64,000 nt of DNA from Candidatus Pacearchaeota archaeon (GTDB taxonomy: Archaea; Nanobdellota; Nanobdellia; Pacearchaeales; GW2011-AR1). Below, one piece after another: positions 59,555-64,000 of the stretch; positions within the stretch are counted from its first letter, which is position 1, and the number at the start of each line of letters is the position of its first letter. Under the pieces are notes generated by a model. The model saw only the letters and a list, made by a program, of their open reading frames with translations, did not search any database and was not told the origin of the DNA. The DNA lies in contig JAFCDI010000001.1 in assembly GCA_017609755.1 (NCBI GenBank), positions 4,400-68,399 of the forward strand. The letters are read 5' to 3'. The position numbers and the translations under genes are program-made.

Positions 59555-60238
59555 CTATTTTTTCTTAATTTTATCCATAATCCAAATTGTGGCATACATA
59601 AAGGGTGTATCAATAAGAGCTATTAATATTTTCAAAACCCATTGCCCAAAAATAAGAGGCCAAATTGGAAAAATTCCATAAAATGCGATTGTTATAAAAA
59701 TTATAGAATCAATAAATTGGCTTACAATTGTTGAGGCATTATTTCTTAACCAAAGATATTTTCCTTTTGTCTTTTTTTTCCAAAATTGAAATGCCCAAAC
59801 ATCGTGATTTTGACTAACAATATATGCAAGAAAACTCGCAATTACAATTCTAGGAGTTAAAGCAAGAATTTTTGAAAACATTTCAGAAATTTCTAAAGCA
59901 TAGGATGCAGATTCCCAAGCAAGAACAATATAAACAGAAATTATTAAAACAAGATTTGCAAAAAATCCTGCCCAAACAGCTTTTTTTGCTTTAGATTTTC
60001 CCCATTTTTCAGAAATTATATCTGTAATAAAAAAGGTCATTGAAAAAACAATTACTGATGCTGGAACCGTTAAAGGACCAAAAACAACAATTTTATTTGC
60101 AAAAATATTGGCCATCACAACTAAAGAAGCTACAAAAGCAATAGGAAACTCTACCCCATATCTCTTTCCTAAGATTCCTGCAACAGAACCAATTGCAAAT
60201 GTTGCCAAAATCCAAATTATCACCAATAAAATTGACAT
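59555..60238 (-). CDS. queuosine/archaeosine precursor transporter (YhhQ/COG1738)
   Basis: ANIFANK, TDIISE.WG, RIVIASFLAY.VSQ..DV, WLRNNAST.VSQ.ID. Confidence 0.9.
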   Translation of the reverse strand: MSILLVIIWILATFAIGSVAGILGKRYGVEFPIAFVASLVVMANIFANKIVVFGPLTVPASVIVFSMTFFITDIISEKWGKSKAKKAVWAGFFANLVLIISVYIVLAWESASYALEISEMFSKILALTPRIVIASFLAYIVSQNHDVWAFQFWKKKTKGKYLWLRNNASTIVSQFIDSIIFITIAFYGIFPIWPLIFGQWVLKILIALIDTPFMYATIWIMDKIKKK

Positions 60239-60300
60239 ATTTTCTATAGTCTATTCTAATTTATAAAAATATTTATAATCTAGCTGTTCTTGAATTAACT

Positions 60301-61194
60301 ATGCCTGCTCAAGACACATCAAAAATAAAAGAAAAAATACTAGAAATTCTAAGAAGAAGAGGACCTTGCCTTCCAGTCCATATTTCAAGTGAGATAAATA
60401 TGAGTATTTTATTTACCTCTGCTTTTCTCTCTGAACTAGTTTCTGAAAAAAAAATAAGAATGAGCTATATGAAAGTTGGAAGTTCACCTATTTATTTAAT
60501 TCCAGGACAAGAGAATCTTTTAGAGAAATTTGCATCCTATCTCAAAAGTAAAGAAAGAGATGCATTTGAATTGCTTAAAAAAAATAAATTTTTAGTTGAT
60601 TTCCAACAAGAGCCAGCTATTAGAGTTGCATTAAGAGCAATAAAAGATTTCGCAATTCCTTTTGAAGAAAAAGACAAATTAATTTGGAAATATTATACAG
60701 AAAAAAGTTCTGGAATTAGATTAGCTGCTCCAATTGTACACTCAAAACCACAAATAAAAAAAGAGGAAATTTTAGAAAAAAAAGAAGAAAAAAATTTAGA
60801 TATTTTTGAAAAAGAGAAAAAAGCCCAAAAAGAGATTTCTAAAAAAACAACTTCTAAAAAAACAACTCGTAAAACATCTGCTTATGATAAAAAAAATGAA
60901 AGATTCTTTAATAAAGTAAAAGAATTTTTAGATAAAAAAGAAATTAAAATTTCTGATATTGAAGGTTTTAGTAAATCCGATTTAATTTTAAAGGTAGTTG
61001 ATGGAGGAACAGAAAAAATTCTAGTTGCATATAATAAAAAAAGAATAGGTGAAACTGAAATACTAAATGCATATAAAAAAGCTTCAGAAAAAGAACTTCC
61101 TTATATGATTTTAAGTCTTGGAGAACCTTCAAAAAAACTCATGAATTTTGTAAGAGCAATAAGAAATCTATCTAAAATTTACAAAATTACATAA
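60301..61194 (+). CDS. hypothetical protein with N-terminal winged-helix-like domain
   Basis: ILEILRRRGPCLPVHI...FTSAFLSEL...KVGSSP.Y. Confidence 0.7.
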   Translation: MPAQDTSKIKEKILEILRRRGPCLPVHISSEINMSILFTSAFLSELVSEKKIRMSYMKVGSSPIYLIPGQENLLEKFASYLKSKERDAFELLKKNKFLVDFQQEPAIRVALRAIKDFAIPFEEKDKLIWKYYTEKSSGIRLAAPIVHSKPQIKKEEILEKKEEKNLDIFEKEKKAQKEISKKTTSKKTTRKTSAYDKKNERFFNKVKEFLDKKEIKISDIEGFSKSDLILKVVDGGTEKILVAYNKKRIGETEILNAYKKASEKELPYMILSLGEPSKKLMNFVRAIRNLSKIYKIT

Positions 61195-61232
61195 ATAAAA
61201 AGCTTTAAAAAACAATTTAAATTCTGTTTAAA

Positions 61233-61424
61233 ATGGGAAAAATAAAATCAAAAACAATTAGAAGATCTTCACAAGCACTAATTGAAAAAGGAATAGAGTT
61301 TGAAGAGGATTTTGAAAAAAATAAAAAAATATTAGGAAATACAATGCCTAGTAAAAAATTAAGAAATCGTATGGCTGGATTTTTAGTGAGAGAGAAAAAA
61401 CAGAAAAATAAAAATCAACCTTAA
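61233..61424 (+). CDS. rps17e: 30S ribosomal protein S17e
   Basis: MGKIK...DFEKNKKIL...SKKLRNRMAGF. Confidence 0.93.
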   Translation: MGKIKSKTIRRSSQALIEKGIEFEEDFEKNKKILGNTMPSKKLRNRMAGFLVREKKQKNKNQP

Positions 61425-61455
61425 AACTTTTAAATTAACTAATTCTAGTAATTTT

Positions 61456-61527
61456 GGCTACATAGTTCAGTGGTAGAACGCTAGTCTCATGAGCTAGAGG
61501 TCCTGGGTTCAACTCCCAGTGTAGCCA
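61456..61527 (+). tRNA. tRNA with CAU anticodon (elongator Met or Ile2), no intron
   Basis: Acceptor GGCTACA/TGTAGCC, loop CT-CAT-GA, T loop TTCAACT; lacks the initiator GGG/CCC stem. Confidence 0.9.
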
Positions 61528-62154
61528 TTATAATCGATTTAATCTTTCCTTATGTTTGGGATTAATAAAACCTATTTTTCTAGCGAAAATTTTAAGATTT
61601 TTCCTTCCATTAGATTGAATCCTATACTGTTGCTTCCATTTCCAAACTTTAGTTTTTCTTTCATAAAATTTACAATTAATTTCAGAATCATTAAAGAATT
61701 TACAAATTTGTTTCATTAACTTTTTAGATATTGAACTAGCTTCTAAACGAGGATATAAAAGATTAGGGTTTTTAGTTAGTACTAAACTTCCATCAGCGGC
61801 AAAATATCCTTGTACAACATATTTTACCAAATTACGTTCATAAAATAATTTTGGAATATTAATTGTGTTTCCTTTCTTTCCAATAGGAAACCCTAAAGAA
61901 GCCATAAAATCAAATAATTTAGCATCTGTAAAATTAAATTCAATTACTCCATACTTTGGCCTTAATTTAAAATTAGTTTCTTTTCCTCTTAATTTTCTTA
62001 AAATAGGAACAATAATCTCATGAACAAAAGAGCCATCATCATGAATGCAAGAAGAAATTGTAATAAATTTCATATTTCTTCTAATTAAACTTAAAGAGCC
62101 GTCATCCAACAAAATTCCATAAAAAATAGCGAAATTTTTGTTTATTTTAAACAT
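61528..62154 (-). mobile_element. free-standing two-motif LAGLIDADG endonuclease-like gene
   Basis: FYGILLDDGS and VQGYFAADGS motifs; IGF..P.H end typical of DOD domains; no intein splicing motifs. Confidence 0.8.
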
Positions 62155-62288
62155 AATATAAATAAGATATCAAAATTTTATAATCATTGCCCTTATGTTC
62201 TTCCTATATAAAAATATCTAAATTAAAAAAAGCTAAAGGGTTAAAATCCCTCCAGAGACATTTTCAATCTTTTTAAATAACAAATAAG

Positions 62289-62687
62289 TTAATCAATCTC
62301 TTTTCTTATTTTTTCTGCATATTCTTTTTCTTCATTGTCTTTATACTTTTTTGTTGGCCAAAAATTATCCATTCCATCATTCTTCCAACGAGGAATCAAA
62401 TGAAGATGAAAATGAGGAACATCTAATCCTACAACAGAAAGAGCAACATAATCTGGTTTTAGAGTCTTTTTAAGAGCAATTACAATATCTTTTGATTTTA
62501 TAGTTAAATAACTTAAAATTTTGTCTGGAACCTCATAAAACCACTGAAAATGTTTTTTTGGAATAACTAAAACATGTCCATAATTAACAGGATTTATGTC
62601 AAGAAAAGCCAGAATTTTTTCATCCTCATAAACTTTATTATAAGGAATTTCTCCTTTAATTATTTTGCAAAAAATACAATTTTCCAT
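62289..62687 (-). CDS. HIT family hydrolase
   Basis: CIFCKII, AFLDINP, GHVLVIPK, VPHFHLHLIPR. Confidence 0.94.
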   Translation of the reverse strand: MENCIFCKIIKGEIPYNKVYEDEKILAFLDINPVNYGHVLVIPKKHFQWFYEVPDKILSYLTIKSKDIVIALKKTLKPDYVALSVVGLDVPHFHLHLIPRWKNDGMDNFWPTKKYKDNEEKEYAEKIRKEID

Positions 62688-62781
62688 AATACAAATAAAA
62701 TAAAACAATTTAAGAATTTTTCTAAATTGTTTCAAATATATTTACAATTAATTAATAAAATAAAAAATAAAAAATTACTAT

Positions 62782-62982
62782 TTATTTCTTTTTCTTTTTA
62801 ACAGGTTTCTTTTTGGCAAGTTTTTTCTTAACAACCTTTTTCTTAACAGGCTTCTTTTTAGCAACCTTCTTCTTTACTAGCGCCCTTTTCTTAACAGGCT
62901 TCTTTTTAGCAACCTTCTTCTTTACTAGCGCCCTTTTCTTAACAGGTTTTTTCTTAACTGCCTTTTTCTTTTTAGCTGGCAT
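62782..62982 (-). CDS. histone H1-like lysine-rich protein (66 aa)
   Basis: MPAKKKKAVKKKPVKKRALVKKKVAKKKP...; SD GAGGTG; own TATA box and T-rich 3' end. Confidence 0.75.
   Translation of the reverse strand: MPAKKKKAVKKKPVKKRALVKKKVAKKKPVKKRALVKKKVAKKKPVKKKVVKKKLAKKKPVKKKKK
62843..62946. repeat. exact 48-bp tandem repeat (2 copies plus 8 bp) inside the H1-like gene
   Basis: ttaacaggcttctttttagcaaccttcttctttactagcgcccttttc at 62843 and 62891. Confidence 0.9.
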
Positions 62983-63101
62983 TTATCCACCTCACTTTTT
63001 AATTAATAATATTAAGAATAAAATCTTTAAAAAGTCTTCGGTAAAATTTTTAGTAAGAATTAATTTTTCCGACGATAAAAAAAGAGTCTATTAGAGATTT
63101 G

Positions 63102-63998
63102 TTATATTTCTTCAAATTTTTTATTTTTCTCAATTAATTCTTTTAAAACATTTACTAGCTCAGAAATTTTAACTCTAATCTGTTTAGTGGTATCTCTGTC
63201 TCTAATAGTCGCATCTTTATTTTTCAAACTTTGATCGTCAATTGTTATACAAAAAGGAGTTCCTATTTCATCATTTCTCGCATATCTTCTTCCAATACTT
63301 CCTGATTTGTCATAAGCCACATTCCATTCTTCTCTTAAATCTCTTAAAATTTCTTCAGCAATTTTTTCAAAATCTCCTCTTTTAACTAATGGAAAAATAG
63401 CTGCTTTTACAGGAGCTATTTTTTTGGGAAATCTAAACATGCTTCCTTCTTTTCCAACATCATAAAAAACATCTAACAAAGCCCAAATATTTCTATCAAC
63501 TCCAAAACTTAATTCCAAAACATGTGGAAGAATTTTTTTATTTTCATAACTAACTTCTAAATTTTTCTTAGAGACTTTAGCATGTCCTGATAAATCATGG
63601 TCTGTCCTATAATGAACTCCTGCAACCTCTTTAAATCCGCCCAAAGTATCAAAATCAATTTCAACATCAAAATGAATTTTATTATAAAATGCTCTTTCTT
63701 CCTTACTTAATTCTCTTAATCTAAATTTTTGTTTAGGAATTTCTAGAATTTTCAAATAAAATTCCTGAACTTTTAATGCATAATATAAATAAAATTTAGG
63801 AAGTTTTAACTTTTCATTGGCTTCTTCGCAAGTTATCTCTTCAATATTTTCTTTTTTAGATAATTTAATTCTAAGCTTCTTATTTTTAACGTCGTTCCAT
63901 TTCTCATGCTCTTCTATTTTATCAGAATCAAAAAAAATCTGTAATTCAGCCTGACTAAATTCTCTCAATCTAAAAAACATTTGTCTTGGAGAAATTTC
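63102..63998 (-). CDS. glyS: glycyl-tRNA synthetase, alpha2 type, 5'-truncated by the window edge
   Basis: EISPRQ.FFRLREFSQAE, PHVLELSFGVDR, GSIGRRYAR.DEIGTPFCITID. Confidence 0.95.
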   Translation of the reverse strand, partial: EISPRQMFFRLREFSQAELQIFFDSDKIEEHEKWNDVKNKKLRIKLSKKENIEEITCEEANEKLKLPKFYLYYALKVQEFYLKILEIPKQKFRLRELSKEERAFYNKIHFDVEIDFDTLGGFKEVAGVHYRTDHDLSGHAKVSKKNLEVSYENKKILPHVLELSFGVDRNIWALLDVFYDVGKEGSMFRFPKKIAPVKAAIFPLVKRGDFEKIAEEILRDLREEWNVAYDKSGSIGRRYARNDEIGTPFCITIDDQSLKNKDATIRDRDTTKQIRVKISELVNVLKELIEKNKKFEEI

Positions 63999-64000
63999 AT

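Noticed and set aside
62237-62251. AGGG/CCCT mini-hairpin between the HIT and LAGLIDADG genes
   Set aside because: Too short to support any call.
1069-63094. Many 60-120 aa ORFs antisense to or overlapping real genes (e.g. 2480-2698, 15714-16079, 38270-38599, 56895-57257, 62813-63094)
   Set aside because: They are F/L/S/I-rich shadows of K/E-rich coding strands, with no motifs or promoters of their own.
1-64000. CRISPR array, prophage, transposase or rRNA
   Set aside because: No regularly spaced repeats, integrase, capsid or transposase motifs, or long GC-rich structural RNA were seen.
1-64000. Stop-codon reassignment
   Set aside because: Conserved genes are full length under the standard code and end in TAA, TAG or TGA; the broken genes are explained by indels or truncation.

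Overview
Very AT-rich, gene-dense core chromosomal segment of a DPANN archaeon, most like Pacearchaeota/Woesearchaeota. The lineage is inferred from archaeal TBP, TFE, MCM, aRF1, aIF2b, aIF1A, RadB, GatDE, Taw3, EndA, L15e and S17e, near-absent metabolism and mostly leaderless genes with a TATA box about 28-31 nt upstream. It is packed with translation genes: ValRS, MetRS, AsnRS, AspRS, ProRS, AlaRS, LeuRS, GlyRS, GatD, GatE and 4 tRNAs, 3 of which have introns. I saw no CRISPR array, rRNA, transposase or prophage. Main leads: (1) a coupled DisA-type diadenylate cyclase plus DHH/DHHA1 phosphoesterase pair (possible c-di-AMP make/break module), followed by a ~380-nt promoter-bearing, hairpin-rich non-coding region that opens with C/D-box-like motifs; (2) an unannotated 17-aa hyper-acidic micro-gene with its own TATA box, strong SD and U-tract, in a genome that also encodes a 66-aa H1-like lysine polymer whose repeat recurs on the tail of TFE; (3) a desulfoferrodoxin broken at an A-AAA-AAC slippery heptamer; (4) tRNA-Arg with a 73-nt structured intron and a duplicated 5' start; (5) a membrane-anchored Schlafen/AlbA_2 protein, an orphan AbiEii-like nucleotidyltransferase behind tandem palindromes, and a free-standing LAGLIDADG gene abutting a tRNA. 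All product calls come from motif recognition by eye; no searches were run.
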